Shown here in pieces: positions 41,464 through 51,723 of a DNA stretch of 64,000 nt. The notes under the pieces were generated by a model, which did no database searches, was not told the origin of the DNA, and saw only the letters and a list, made by a program, of their open reading frames with translations. How positions within the stretch are numbered: position 1 is the first letter of the stretch; each line of letters starts with the position of its first letter. The position numbers and the translations under genes were made by a program. Source of the stretch: Candidatus Tenebribacter davisii (GTDB lineage Bacteria; Cloacimonadota; Cloacimonadia; Cloacimonadales; TCS61); NCBI GenBank assembly GCA_030765535.1, contig JAVCCH010000086.1, forward strand, positions 5,930 to 69,929. The letters run 5' to 3'.

Positions 41464-42300
41464 TTATTTGATTTGAATATTGTCTATCAATCTTGTATTT
41501 TCTATAACTACAGCAATTGCTATTCTGCATCCGGATGCTACTTTTGGAATATGTTCTAAAGTATCAGGGTCAAATACTTCTATATAATCGATAATGCCGC
41601 CATTAGAATCTATCAAATCAGTCATTTGAGCGATTATTTTATTTGTAGAGTAAATTCCATCATCAAATAATTTTTGAGCCAGCAGAAGCGAATTATGTAG
41701 GCATAAGGCTTTTCCTCTACCTACTGAAGATATATATTTATTGCGGGAACTTAAGGCAAGTCCGTCATTTTCTCTAATAATGGGGCAGCCAACGATTTTT
41801 GTATGAAAGTTCAGATCTTGTAACATTTGTTTTAAAATAGTTAATTGTTGAAAATCTTTTTCACCCATAAACATAAATTCCGGATCAAGAATATTTATTA
41901 ACTTGGTTACAATGGTTGTAACACCACGGAAATGTGTGGGACGTGACTTTCCACAAAGAATTTGAGTAATTTTCTCAACATTCACCCATGTTTTATAATC
42001 AGCCGGATACATTTGTTTGTCATTGGGGAAAAATACGTAATCTACTTTTAATTTGGAAAGAAGCTCAATATCATGTTTGATATCTCTTGGATATTCACTG
42101 AGATCTTCATTAATGCCAAATTGAGTTGGATTCACATAAATACTTACAATAGTTATATCCGAAACTTTATTAGCTTCACTAATTAAACTTAAATGTCCCT
42201 CATGCAGGAATCCCATAGTTGGAACGAACCCTATCTTTCCATTTAGCTGCTGACGAATTTCCAGCATGGATTCGATGCTATTGACAAGTATCGTTTTCAT
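41464..42300 (-). CDS. panC: Pantoate-beta-alanine ligase
   Basis: FVPTMGFLHEGH, VNPTQF, RPTHFRGV, GEKDFQQ, LALSSRN, RLIDN. Confidence 0.97.
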   Translation of the reverse strand: MKTILVNSIESMLEIRQQLNGKIGFVPTMGFLHEGHLSLISEANKVSDITIVSIYVNPTQFGINEDLSEYPRDIKHDIELLSKLKVDYVFFPNDKQMYPADYKTWVNVEKITQILCGKSRPTHFRGVTTIVTKLINILDPEFMFMGEKDFQQLTILKQMLQDLNFHTKIVGCPIIRENDGLALSSRNKYISSVGRGKALCLHNSLLLAQKLFDDGIYSTNKIIAQMTDLIDSNGGIIDYIEVFDPDTLEHIPKVASGCRIAIAVVIENTRLIDNIQIK

Positions 42301-42659
42301 TTTATTAAGTGATATTTTTTGTTTTCGTTATCATCGACGACAAGAATTTTTTGTGAATAGTTTTTAAGCTCTTCCTCATCTAACATACCATAATTTACAA
42401 TTATAACTTTGTCATTTATACTAACTAAACGTGCAGCAGCACCATTTATACCAATCATACCACTACCGCTCTCACCTACCAGAACATAAGTTGAAAATCT
42501 GTTGCCATTACTTATATTGTAAATATCTACTTTTTCGCCATCTAGTATTCCTGTTTTATCTAAAAATATTTTATCAATAGTAATACTGCCAACATAGTTA
42601 AGATCACGCATTGTTATATTAGCACGATGTATCTTTGATAAAAGCATTGAACGTTGCAT
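42297..42659 (-). CDS. panD: Aspartate 1-decarboxylase
   Basis: SKIHRA, YVGSITID (G-S autocleavage), NGNRFSTY, NGAAAR. Confidence 0.97.
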   Translation of the reverse strand: MQRSMLLSKIHRANITMRDLNYVGSITIDKIFLDKTGILDGEKVDIYNISNGNRFSTYVLVGESGSGMIGINGAAARLVSINDKVIIVNYGMLDEEELKNYSQKILVVDDNENKKYHLIK

Positions 42660-42725
42660 TTATCCTCCATATAACTTTTAAATCGTAATCAATTATTTTT
42701 TTGTTAATTTTTTTGTAAACTAATT

Positions 42726-43973
42726 TTAAGTTTGATCTCCATCTTCTTTCCATTGCAACGCCATCATTTTTCCCTTTTCTTCATCAACAGTTTGAAGAAT
42801 AATTACTCCCACAATAAAAAAAAGAACTACAGAAAGTATAGCCCATTTCTGTTCTCCTGTAATTCTAGCAATTTCTCCGTAAACAAGAGGGCCCAAAATG
42901 GAAGCTATACGGCCGGTCACAGAATAAAAACCAAAGAATTCAGCCATTTTACTGTCCGGTGTAAGAAGTACCAGCATTGCTCTACTACTGGATTGACTTG
43001 AACCTATTGCTATTCCTGCTAACATCCCAATGAAATAAAATTCTTTAATACTTTTACACATAAAAGCCCATATTACCACAGCAATCCAGATAATTATTGT
43101 TATACTTATAGTTTTTTTTGCACCAATTTTGTCAAAGATATACCCAAAAACAAGAGCACCGATCATAGAGGTTACATTTGCAATTACAAAATAGGTGATC
43201 AATTGCTTCGTATCCATTCCAAACCTGGTTGCACCGTAAATTGCAGCAAAACTTATTACCACAATAATTCCATCATTATATATAAGATAACTGATAATAA
43301 ATTTTATGAGTTCACGGAAATTTCTAATATTTTTATAAGATTGTTTTATGCGGATCAATGCTGTTCTTAAATAATTTGTTCTTTTAGAAGGTTTCTTGAT
43401 CTCTTTTAGAAGTATGAAAGTGGGAATTGCAAAAATTCCAAAAAAAGCAGCTACTGTTGGAAATACAAGCCGGATCCAGTTATTATGCACTAAAGGTAGC
43501 ATAAGTAATAGTGCAGCCAGTCCGCCAATATACCCCACAGCCCATCCCCAGCCTGATACTTTTCCCATCTCATTTCTAGAAGCTACGTCGGGTAATAGTG
43601 CATTGTAAAATACATTGCCACTATTAAAAGCAAAATTAGCTATGATGAAGAAGATCATTCCCTTAACAATATCACCAGCATGAACAAAAAACAATAACGC
43701 AGTAAAAATAACAGTCAGATAGCAATTATAAAATAAAAACTTCTTTTTAGCTCTGGAAAAATCTGCGACAGCTCCAAATATTGGTGCTGTAACTGCAACC
43801 ATCAGCATGGAGATACTGATTGCTCTTCCCCACAACGCTGTTCCAAGTTCACCTTGATTCACCACAACATTTCTAAAATAAACACTGTAGATCACAGTAA
43901 CTATGATAGTTGTAAATGATGAATTTGCGAAATCATACATCACCCAGCCAAAGATATTTTTATTAAACTTCAT
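42726..43973 (-). CDS. MFS transporter (UMF1/Atg22-like)
   Basis: WVMYDFANS, FYNALLP, GWAVGYIGG, EFFGFY; about 12 TM helices. Confidence 0.88.
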   Translation of the reverse strand: MKFNKNIFGWVMYDFANSSFTTIIVTVIYSVYFRNVVVNQGELGTALWGRAISISMLMVAVTAPIFGAVADFSRAKKKFLFYNCYLTVIFTALLFFVHAGDIVKGMIFFIIANFAFNSGNVFYNALLPDVASRNEMGKVSGWGWAVGYIGGLAALLLMLPLVHNNWIRLVFPTVAAFFGIFAIPTFILLKEIKKPSKRTNYLRTALIRIKQSYKNIRNFRELIKFIISYLIYNDGIIVVISFAAIYGATRFGMDTKQLITYFVIANVTSMIGALVFGYIFDKIGAKKTISITIIIWIAVVIWAFMCKSIKEFYFIGMLAGIAIGSSQSSSRAMLVLLTPDSKMAEFFGFYSVTGRIASILGPLVYGEIARITGEQKWAILSVVLFFIVGVIILQTVDEEKGKMMALQWKEDGDQT

Positions 43974-45047
43974 TTATTTTCCATTTATATTACTAAGATC
44001 AATTTCAGGTAAGCCAAATGAACTGTAATTAGAGATATTTGGAGTTGCAATAAATATCTGATGTTTTCCTTTGAGTATTTCAATTATTCTCTCAGTTCTC
44101 ATTTTATCAAGATCTGCCAGAACATCATCGAACATCAAGATTGGAGTATCAGTATCTTTTTCTTCAATAAGTTCTGATTGAACTAAACGTATTGCTATGG
44201 CAATAGATCTTTTTTGCCCCTGTGAGCTAAAACTTCTAGCTGGATGAGTATCCATGAAAATATCTATATCATCTAAATGAGGTCCTGTAAGGCTTCTTTC
44301 CTGATGTTTTTCCTGTTCTTCTATTCTTATCACATGCTCTAATAGATCATTATAAATATCATCATTTTGGGTTGGGAAAGAATATTTGTATTCAATGCTA
44401 AGTTTTTCTCTATTACCACTAATTTCTTCATAACTTTTTTTCAACAAAGGTGAAAAATTATTTAAATATTCTAATCTGAATTTTATTATCTTTACTCCAA
44501 CCCGTATAAATTGTTCATCCCATACTCTTTTTTCTTTACTTGTGTAATCTGTTTTAAATAGAGCATTACGCTGTTTTAAGATCCTTTTATAATTTCTAAG
44601 AAGTTCAATGTATTCAAAAGAGTATTGAGAAATTGCCTGATCTAAGAAATTTCTGCGGTATACAGGTGAGCCTGCGACTATCTCAATATCATTTGGTGAG
44701 AAATATACAACTTTGAGATATTTATATAATTCACTAATGCGAGCTATATTAAAGTTATTGATCTTAATTATTTTTTTTTTTTTGTCGGAAGCTGCTTCGA
44801 ATTTATGTATTTTGTTTTTTATTTCAAATTCAGCCTCTATACGAAAAAATGCTTTTGAGAAATTAATCAACTCCAGATCACTACTGGTTTGAAACGATTT
44901 CCCAAAAGCAAAATATGATATAGATTCCAGAAGATTTGTTTTACCGGCTCCATTTTCGCCAAGAATCAGTGCACCTTCCGGATCGAATTTTAATTTAAAA
45001 TCCGAATAATTACGAAAATTCTTTATTAAAAGAGAAGATATCAGCAA
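43974..45047 (-). CDS. recF: DNA replication/repair protein RecF
   Basis: NFRNY, GENGAGKTNLLE, GPHLDD, SQGQ, LMFDDVLADLD. Confidence 0.96.
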   Translation of the reverse strand: MLISSLLIKNFRNYSDFKLKFDPEGALILGENGAGKTNLLESISYFAFGKSFQTSSDLELINFSKAFFRIEAEFEIKNKIHKFEAASDKKKKIIKINNFNIARISELYKYLKVVYFSPNDIEIVAGSPVYRRNFLDQAISQYSFEYIELLRNYKRILKQRNALFKTDYTSKEKRVWDEQFIRVGVKIIKFRLEYLNNFSPLLKKSYEEISGNREKLSIEYKYSFPTQNDDIYNDLLEHVIRIEEQEKHQERSLTGPHLDDIDIFMDTHPARSFSSQGQKRSIAIAIRLVQSELIEEKDTDTPILMFDDVLADLDKMRTERIIEILKGKHQIFIATPNISNYSSFGLPEIDLSNINGK

Positions 45048-45048
45048 C

Positions 45049-46167
45049 CTAAACTAACCGAAGCGGCATTAATAAAAATCTAGCTGAGAAACCATCTTTA
45101 GTTTCAGTATTAAAGAAAAGAGCAGGTTCATTTGATTTACCCATTCTTACCTCAACTTCATCAGATTCTACAACAGAAAGAATAGCAATAAGGTATCTAT
45201 AATTAAAGGCAATAGTAAGAGGTTCACCTGAATATTTAAATTCACTGAGTTTCTCATTTGCTTCACCTTCTTCACGTTTAGCACTATTGATGGTTAAGGC
45301 ATTATCTGCAATATCCATCTTAACTTTGAATGTCTCTTCAGAGGCAAGAAGTGATACTCTTTTTACAGCTTCTCGCAATTTTTTCTTATCAATAATGAGA
45401 ACATTGTTATTATTTGTAGGGATGGCTTTTGTATAATCCGGGAATCTACCCTCAATGATATGTGTAAATATCGTATAATTTCCATAAGTGAACATAACAC
45501 GATTTGATTCAAGTAATACAGATATTTCAGGAAGATCATCAGCTATAACTTTATCCAGGAAAAGAAGTCCTTTGGTAGGAATTATCTGTTCTACAGGTTG
45601 CGGAAGATCAATTTGTTTATCCAGTTTAAATTCAGCGATCTTCTTTCCATCTGTAGCCACCATTAATTGTGAATCAGCTGCCATTTTCCAGAAAATTCCT
45701 GAGAATACCGGTCTGTTAATTTCAGAAGATACTGCAAAATGGGTACTATCGATCATTTTTTTGAACATTTGGGCATCTAATTTGATCACGTTTGAAAGAT
45801 CTTTTTGTGGTACAAGCGGGAACTGGCTGCTTTCTGCACACAATAAGCTGAACTTAGATTGTTCGCATTGTATTTTCAAAGTATCTTCATCAATGAGAAA
45901 ATGAACCATGGATTCAGGTAAAGAATTGATGATCTCATTGAGATTTTTTGCTGATACTGCTGTCTTACCACCATCTGTGATATTTGCCTCAAATTCAACT
46001 ACAACTGTGATCTCAAGGTCAGTAGCAGTAAATTTAATAATATTATTTTGTTCATCTGCTTCTATAAGATAATTTGTAAGAATTGGCATTGTGTTCTTAC
46101 TAGGTACAATATTATAAAGATACTGAATCTGAGCTTGTAAGTCTACCTTTTCAATAGAAAATTTCAT
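45049..46167 (-). CDS. dnaN: DNA polymerase III beta clamp
   Basis: ATDLE, VATDG, IEGRFPDY, AFNYRYL, LLMPLR. Confidence 0.96.
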   Translation of the reverse strand: MKFSIEKVDLQAQIQYLYNIVPSKNTMPILTNYLIEADEQNNIIKFTATDLEITVVVEFEANITDGGKTAVSAKNLNEIINSLPESMVHFLIDEDTLKIQCEQSKFSLLCAESSQFPLVPQKDLSNVIKLDAQMFKKMIDSTHFAVSSEINRPVFSGIFWKMAADSQLMVATDGKKIAEFKLDKQIDLPQPVEQIIPTKGLLFLDKVIADDLPEISVLLESNRVMFTYGNYTIFTHIIEGRFPDYTKAIPTNNNNVLIIDKKKLREAVKRVSLLASEETFKVKMDIADNALTINSAKREEGEANEKLSEFKYSGEPLTIAFNYRYLIAILSVVESDEVEVRMGKSNEPALFFNTETKDGFSARFLLMPLRLV

Positions 46168-46216
46168 ATTATCCTCTTTACTTTTTAATATTTGTTAACT
46201 TAATAAAAAATAGATA

Positions 46217-46255
46217 AAATAAAAGCAAGAGTTTTTTCTACTCTTGCTTTTATTT
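46217..46255. terminator. Intrinsic terminator after HU gene
   Basis: AAATAAAAGCAAGAGT-N7-ACTCTTGCTTTTATTT perfect 16-bp stem. Confidence 0.85.
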
Positions 46256-46267
46256 ACAAAACAATTT

Positions 46268-46540
46268 TTACTTAACTGCTTCTTTGAGTTTTTTACCAGC
46301 TTTGAAAACTGGAACTTTGCGTGCAGGTATTTGAATTTTAGCTTTAGTTTGAGGATTTACACCTGTACGAGCATTTCTTTTGTTTACTTTAAAAGTACCA
46401 AAACCAACTAATGATACTTTATCACCTTTTTCTAATGCAAGTGTAATGCCATCAATTACAGCATTTAAAGCAAGATTAGCAGCTTTTTTTGTAACACCAG
46501 CTCCTTCAGCAATCTTAATAATCAAATCTTGTCTGTTCAT
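46268..46540 (-). CDS. hup: DNA-binding protein HU
   Basis: LVGFGTF, RNARTGVNPQT, PVFKAGKKLK. Confidence 0.96.
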   Translation of the reverse strand: MNRQDLIIKIAEGAGVTKKAANLALNAVIDGITLALEKGDKVSLVGFGTFKVNKRNARTGVNPQTKAKIQIPARKVPVFKAGKKLKEAVK

Positions 46541-46821
46541 TCATATCCTCCTTTTTTATTCGGTTAACAAACATGGATTTAGTTTTTCCGTTTACAAAAT
46601 ATCTTGTCAATAAAAAAAACTATAGATAGCCATTTTTACAGGGTTTTTATGATTTTTTATACCATTTAAAGCAATAACAATATTCACAAAATATCTTCTA
46701 ACTTATTGATTTATATACTCTTAAGAAAACACTTAATATTTTTCAAAGATCAATATAATTTTTTACATTTTTTTAATACTTATGCATATCCTTTTAATAT
46801 AGGCACTTCTGTGAAATATAC

Positions 46822-48687
46822 TTATATCATACTTATTAATTCATGAATTTTTATAATTATCGTCTTGCCTTTTACCGTTGCATCATCAATAAAGTTAGCA
46901 ACAACTTTATCTTTAACCTGTTTATAGGTACTATCACTTATGATAATATTATTTTTGGTTTCGTATTCTCTGGTTAAAGATTCAACTCTGGCACCAGCAT
47001 TCATATTATCACCTATAGCAGTATAATCAAATATCTGTTCTGAACCCAGATTTCCAACAGTTACCATACCTGTATTTATACCAATACCCATATCAAGAGG
47101 ATCTTTATTTTCTGCATTCCATTTTTCCTGAAGCTCATTCAATCTCTGACGCATTTCCAAAGCAGCTTTACAGGCATGGAATGCATGATTCTCAAGGTTA
47201 ACCGGTGCACCAAATATCGCAACTATCTCATCTCCAACAAATTTATCTATAGTTCCCTTATTATCTGTAATGATTTTTACCATCTCAGTTAAATATTCTC
47301 TAAGGATATCAACTGTTTGTTTAGGAGTATGACTTTCAGTATATGGAGTAAAAGAAACAATATCTGCAAATAGTACTGTTATCTCTTTCTGAACTCCACC
47401 GTACTCAAGCATTTTTGGATCTTTAATAAGTTCTTCAACCAGTTCTGGAGCAATATACTGTCCAAATGCCTGTTTGATAAACTTACGTTCTTTAACTGTT
47501 TGCATATATTGAATTACTAACCCGGTAAAATAAATAATGATAATTAGTATGGGAATTTCCAATGTTGGTATCATAATCCTATTGTGACTGAACAAATAAT
47601 AAGAAAAATAAATATAACTAATGATCAATATAAAATTAATGAAAACAGATATTGTTGGTTTTACTAATGAATTGAAGATGAATAGCAGCACAGTCGCTAC
47701 AAAAATGAAGAGCAGGTAGGGAATTATAGGAAATTCTTTCAAGAATTCTTGTCTTAAAACCGTTTCTATAAAATTAGCATGAATCTCTACACCAGGCATT
47801 AACTGATTTTCTTCTGAAAAAAATGGTGTATGGTGTGTATCATGGAATTCAACGGATGTAAGACCAATAAAAACAATTTTATTTTTAAATTTATCTGCAA
47901 TTTGATAATATTCATCTAATTCTATTTCCAGTTCTTTTTCAAAATTCGTTGTGTAAGAAGAATCATCGATCACATCGGCATAATCATATGTAGAAAAAGA
48001 TTTGGGAGGTCCGTAGTAATTTATCAAAGCACTTCTTGATGTAGCTTTAGGAATAAAATGTCCTCCGATCTTAAATAATTTTGAATAATTCTGTATCTCA
48101 TCCGAATATGGGTCGATCTGATAATGTTTTGCAAGTGTCAGTACCCCAATTGAAAGTTTTATCTCTTTTGCTCTTTTCTGAAATAATTCATAACGCCTTA
48201 CAAACCCGTCATGATCAGTTGATATATTTACAGTTCCCCAGGTTGTCCCTGTTTGAGTTAAAAGAGAAATTGGAGAAAGCAACTGTTCTCTGACAGAATT
48301 GTTATATTGAGTTTTTATCAGTTTCCCAGATAGAATTATGTTATCATACTTTGCTATAGCTGCAGCTAATTTTGAATCTGAATTGATATTACTTCTTTCA
48401 GTAAATTCAACATCGAAGATTATCTGTCTTGCTCCAGCTTTTTCCAGGTTCTCGATTAGTCTAGCATGATATTCACGGGGAAAAGGCCATCTTTCATTTA
48501 ACGTACTAAATGTATCATCACCAATTTCTACAATTACTATATCGTTGGATATCTCCTGCTCACCGCGAAGTATAAAGAAAATATCATTTACTTTATGCTC
48601 CAGATTATGCCAAAAGTTAGTTACAAAAAAAATTCTGAATATAACGAAAAAGATTAATGATATTACTATATATTTTATAATTTTCAT
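46822..48687 (-). CDS. CHASE2-domain class III adenylate cyclase
   Basis: CHASE2 motifs (RWPFPR, DHDGFVRR, PGVEIHAN), 3 TM, then LFADIVSFT, DKFVGDE, YTAIGDNMNAGARVE. Confidence 0.93.
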   Translation of the reverse strand: MKIIKYIVISLIFFVIFRIFFVTNFWHNLEHKVNDIFFILRGEQEISNDIVIVEIGDDTFSTLNERWPFPREYHARLIENLEKAGARQIIFDVEFTERSNINSDSKLAAAIAKYDNIILSGKLIKTQYNNSVREQLLSPISLLTQTGTTWGTVNISTDHDGFVRRYELFQKRAKEIKLSIGVLTLAKHYQIDPYSDEIQNYSKLFKIGGHFIPKATSRSALINYYGPPKSFSTYDYADVIDDSSYTTNFEKELEIELDEYYQIADKFKNKIVFIGLTSVEFHDTHHTPFFSEENQLMPGVEIHANFIETVLRQEFLKEFPIIPYLLFIFVATVLLFIFNSLVKPTISVFINFILIISYIYFSYYLFSHNRIMIPTLEIPILIIIIYFTGLVIQYMQTVKERKFIKQAFGQYIAPELVEELIKDPKMLEYGGVQKEITVLFADIVSFTPYTESHTPKQTVDILREYLTEMVKIITDNKGTIDKFVGDEIVAIFGAPVNLENHAFHACKAALEMRQRLNELQEKWNAENKDPLDMGIGINTGMVTVGNLGSEQIFDYTAIGDNMNAGARVESLTREYETKNNIIISDSTYKQVKDKVVANFIDDATVKGKTIIIKIHELISMI

Positions 48688-48688
48688 A

Positions 48689-51046
48689 TTAAAACTTCTG
48701 TGATACTTTCATTTTGAAATTCATTCTGGAATAATTTGCATACTCAAGTTCTGCATCTTGATACAATTTTAATCCTGCATCAGCAGAAATAAATGTATTT
48801 GGCGTTATCTTATAACTTGTGCCAAGATTGAACATCTGGGCTGATTGAGAATTAATATCCCCGCTAAAAAGATTGTAACGAAAATCAATATAAGGCTTTA
48901 ATTTACTTTCTAAAAGATTTATTTCTCCACGCATAAATAATGAATGGTAATTGGATTTTTCCTCCAATGTTGTTAATTCCTGTATAACTGAGTTGTCATT
49001 TACCGTGAAAGTATAAGAAAATAATGTTACTAATGGGATTTGATCAAAATAAGTTCGCGCACTTAATGTAAGATTATTTCTTTTATAGTTAAATGAATCA
49101 TTCAATTTATCTTTATTTAATGAATTTGAAAAGTTCAAGGCAAACCTGGTTGGAACATTGGGTAAATATCTTGCATTATATCCTGTACTAAAGCTCACTG
49201 TCGTAGAATGGATGTCTGAGGCAGTATTTATAATGTCAGTTGAATCCGGAACAAATCCATCTTCAGAGCCACTTGTATTAAAATTCAAATTGAAATACAT
49301 TTCATCATTTGGTTTATACATTGCTTGTGTAAATATTACAGTTGAACTTGACGTATTATTTTTTGTGTCATCTACATTATCAGAAAATAAATTAAATCCA
49401 AAATTCATGGCAAGTCGGTTATTCATCAACATCAAGTTATCATTAAATGAAATTATCATAACATCTTTTTGAAGATAATTTGTGGAAAGCGAATTGAAGC
49501 TCGAGCCAATTGTTGAAAAGGAAAAATTCATAAGATTTCTATAGAAGAATAACCGTAAATACGATTTTAAGGCAAGATTAGCCATTCCAGGTTTAAAGGG
49601 GATCATTGATTCATTAATAATAAAAATATTTTCGAAATCTTGCGGATCTATTGAGATATCAATATCTTCGTCAATATCATCTAGAGATGCGGCACCATCA
49701 ATTATATTATCATTGTAAAGACTCATTGCTGCCTCGGTTCCAAACACAAGTCGTTGATTAATCAGCGAAAGACGGAAATCTGTACCAAGTAATAGATTAT
49801 CTTTAGGACTTATAACTAAGAGACTATCCGCATCACGATAATACATCTCATCTAAAGAACTTATATCATCTTTATTTTTTACAAAGCCAACACCCCAGAT
49901 AAAGTTTTGTGGATTGCCAAATTCCATTCTTAATGAATTGTTCACTTGTTTAAAAGCCCCAGCATTTACTAATGCATCCTGAATCACTTTTCCATCTATA
50001 TCTCGTTTGATATTTCCATGAGTGAATAATAATCTGAATGTTTTAAAATCCAATTTTGTATGTATTCCCCGAACATTTTTACAATTTAGCAGAAAACTAT
50101 TCATTTTCGGTGAGTAATCACCAATTGTAAGATCAAAATGAGGAACATTAAGCATAAAGTTAAATCTATTTACAGCTTGAGCTGAACTTGTCTCCAGTGA
50201 TGTTAGGAATAATTTTGATCTGAATTTTAACCATTTGTGTGAACCTTTGAAAAACAATGAAAAATTGGCAGATCTATCTGAATCATTATCGAGAGTATCC
50301 TGCTTTGTATTCATATACCGCATGGAAACAAGTGATTTTCCGGAAAGATCAAGAGGAAGTTCAAATCCTTTACCTGTAACTTCTGTGATCCAGTGCTTTG
50401 ACTCGATCCTGCTTCCATCTAATAATTGAGCTTCTACAAAATAGTTATGTGTTCCCAGCCTGGCATTAGATACCTGGAAGGTTATTACATTTGTAAAAAC
50501 CCTCGTATTATCTGTTACATCTTCCCCATCGAAGTAAACTTTGATCGAGTTATAATCGATCTCATCTGAGATCGCAAATGTCGAAATTGCTATAAGGAAA
50601 TCCTCAGTTAGATCAGTGTAAAAAGCATCTGGTGACAACAGCACAAAACCGTCATTCTCATCCTGGGGTATATTAACTGTTATTCTAAATGGATTAATTT
50701 CCGGTTGGATGGAAGGATATGTAACTTTATTACTGGAAGTGAGATAAATTTCAAAATAGTATTCAGCACTTGAAGTGTAATCTATAAATTCATCCATTAT
50801 TGATGAAAATTGCGGATTAGATTCAGAACCGGGTTCCATCTCTTTTTCATTATATTCTGTTGCACCTGTTTGCTTATACAGAATATTCACTTTCACGATT
50901 TCAGAGAAACCTTCTCTTACTTCAAGATCAAGTTTAACTTTTTGCCCATTTAATTGATAAACGGGTTGATCATGATTAAGGATAACTTCAGAGAAGAGCT
51001 GAACAGTTATGAATAACAATACAAAAAGAAAAAATAATTTCTTCAT
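48689..51046 (-). CDS. Predicted outer-membrane protein (N-terminal Ig-like region, C-terminal beta-barrel)
   Basis: Signal peptide, long run of amphipathic beta strands, terminal MKVSQKF. Confidence 0.65.
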   Translation of the reverse strand: MKKLFFLFVLLFITVQLFSEVILNHDQPVYQLNGQKVKLDLEVREGFSEIVKVNILYKQTGATEYNEKEMEPGSESNPQFSSIMDEFIDYTSSAEYYFEIYLTSSNKVTYPSIQPEINPFRITVNIPQDENDGFVLLSPDAFYTDLTEDFLIAISTFAISDEIDYNSIKVYFDGEDVTDNTRVFTNVITFQVSNARLGTHNYFVEAQLLDGSRIESKHWITEVTGKGFELPLDLSGKSLVSMRYMNTKQDTLDNDSDRSANFSLFFKGSHKWLKFRSKLFLTSLETSSAQAVNRFNFMLNVPHFDLTIGDYSPKMNSFLLNCKNVRGIHTKLDFKTFRLLFTHGNIKRDIDGKVIQDALVNAGAFKQVNNSLRMEFGNPQNFIWGVGFVKNKDDISSLDEMYYRDADSLLVISPKDNLLLGTDFRLSLINQRLVFGTEAAMSLYNDNIIDGAASLDDIDEDIDISIDPQDFENIFIINESMIPFKPGMANLALKSYLRLFFYRNLMNFSFSTIGSSFNSLSTNYLQKDVMIISFNDNLMLMNNRLAMNFGFNLFSDNVDDTKNNTSSSTVIFTQAMYKPNDEMYFNLNFNTSGSEDGFVPDSTDIINTASDIHSTTVSFSTGYNARYLPNVPTRFALNFSNSLNKDKLNDSFNYKRNNLTLSARTYFDQIPLVTLFSYTFTVNDNSVIQELTTLEEKSNYHSLFMRGEINLLESKLKPYIDFRYNLFSGDINSQSAQMFNLGTSYKITPNTFISADAGLKLYQDAELEYANYSRMNFKMKVSQKF

Positions 51047-51054
51047 ATATACCT

Positions 51055-51714
51055 CTATTCGAATTCGATTGTGATCGTTCTTTTCTCTCCATTATCGTTT
51101 TTCAATTCAATTTTCAAGTTCTCTGACATCTTAACATCATAATCTTTCATTTCATCTTCTTCTATCTCAGCAACCAATATTTCATTTTTCCCGATTGAAT
51201 GAGCTTTCTGTCCTGCTTTAACATCTGCTTCCTTATCATCCAATTTATTTTTTATATTAACTACACCATCAAGTGTGTATAGATCTGTAAAACCACTCTC
51301 ATCAACTGAGAGAATGAATTTAGTTCCCTTTACAGATACAACTGTAGTTGGAGTATCAACAATAAAACTACCAGTATTTTTAGATACTTTTGCCCAAAGT
51401 TCACCTAATTTCATAGTGCTCTTTTTATTTAATTTACCATTTGTTTTACTAGCATTAATGGTAAGTATACTATTTGGAAATAGTTTTACTACAGAGCTTC
51501 CATCAATGAATTTAACTACAGCAAAAGATTCATCCTTACTCTCTAAAGTATCTTCATTTTCCAGTTCCGATCCATTCTTAGCATTCAACAAGTCCTCACC
51601 ATGTGTTAAAATAACATCACCTTTTACTTTCAAAGCTATTCCAACCGTATCCTGTGCAATTAATGGAAAAGAAAATAATATAATTATTATAACTATACAT
51701 AATATTTTATTCAT
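51055..51714 (-). CDS. Secreted FecR-domain protein
   Basis: Signal peptide; FIDGSSVVKLFPNS, GELWAKV, TPTTVVSVKGTKF, LDGVV. Confidence 0.88.
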   Translation of the reverse strand: MNKILCIVIIIILFSFPLIAQDTVGIALKVKGDVILTHGEDLLNAKNGSELENEDTLESKDESFAVVKFIDGSSVVKLFPNSILTINASKTNGKLNKKSTMKLGELWAKVSKNTGSFIVDTPTTVVSVKGTKFILSVDESGFTDLYTLDGVVNIKNKLDDKEADVKAGQKAHSIGKNEILVAEIEEDEMKDYDVKMSENLKIELKNDNGEKRTITIEFE

Positions 51715-51723
51715 TTTATACTC

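Noticed and set aside
46541-46821. oriC upstream of hup-dnaN
   Set aside because: No cluster of DnaA boxes and no dnaA gene.
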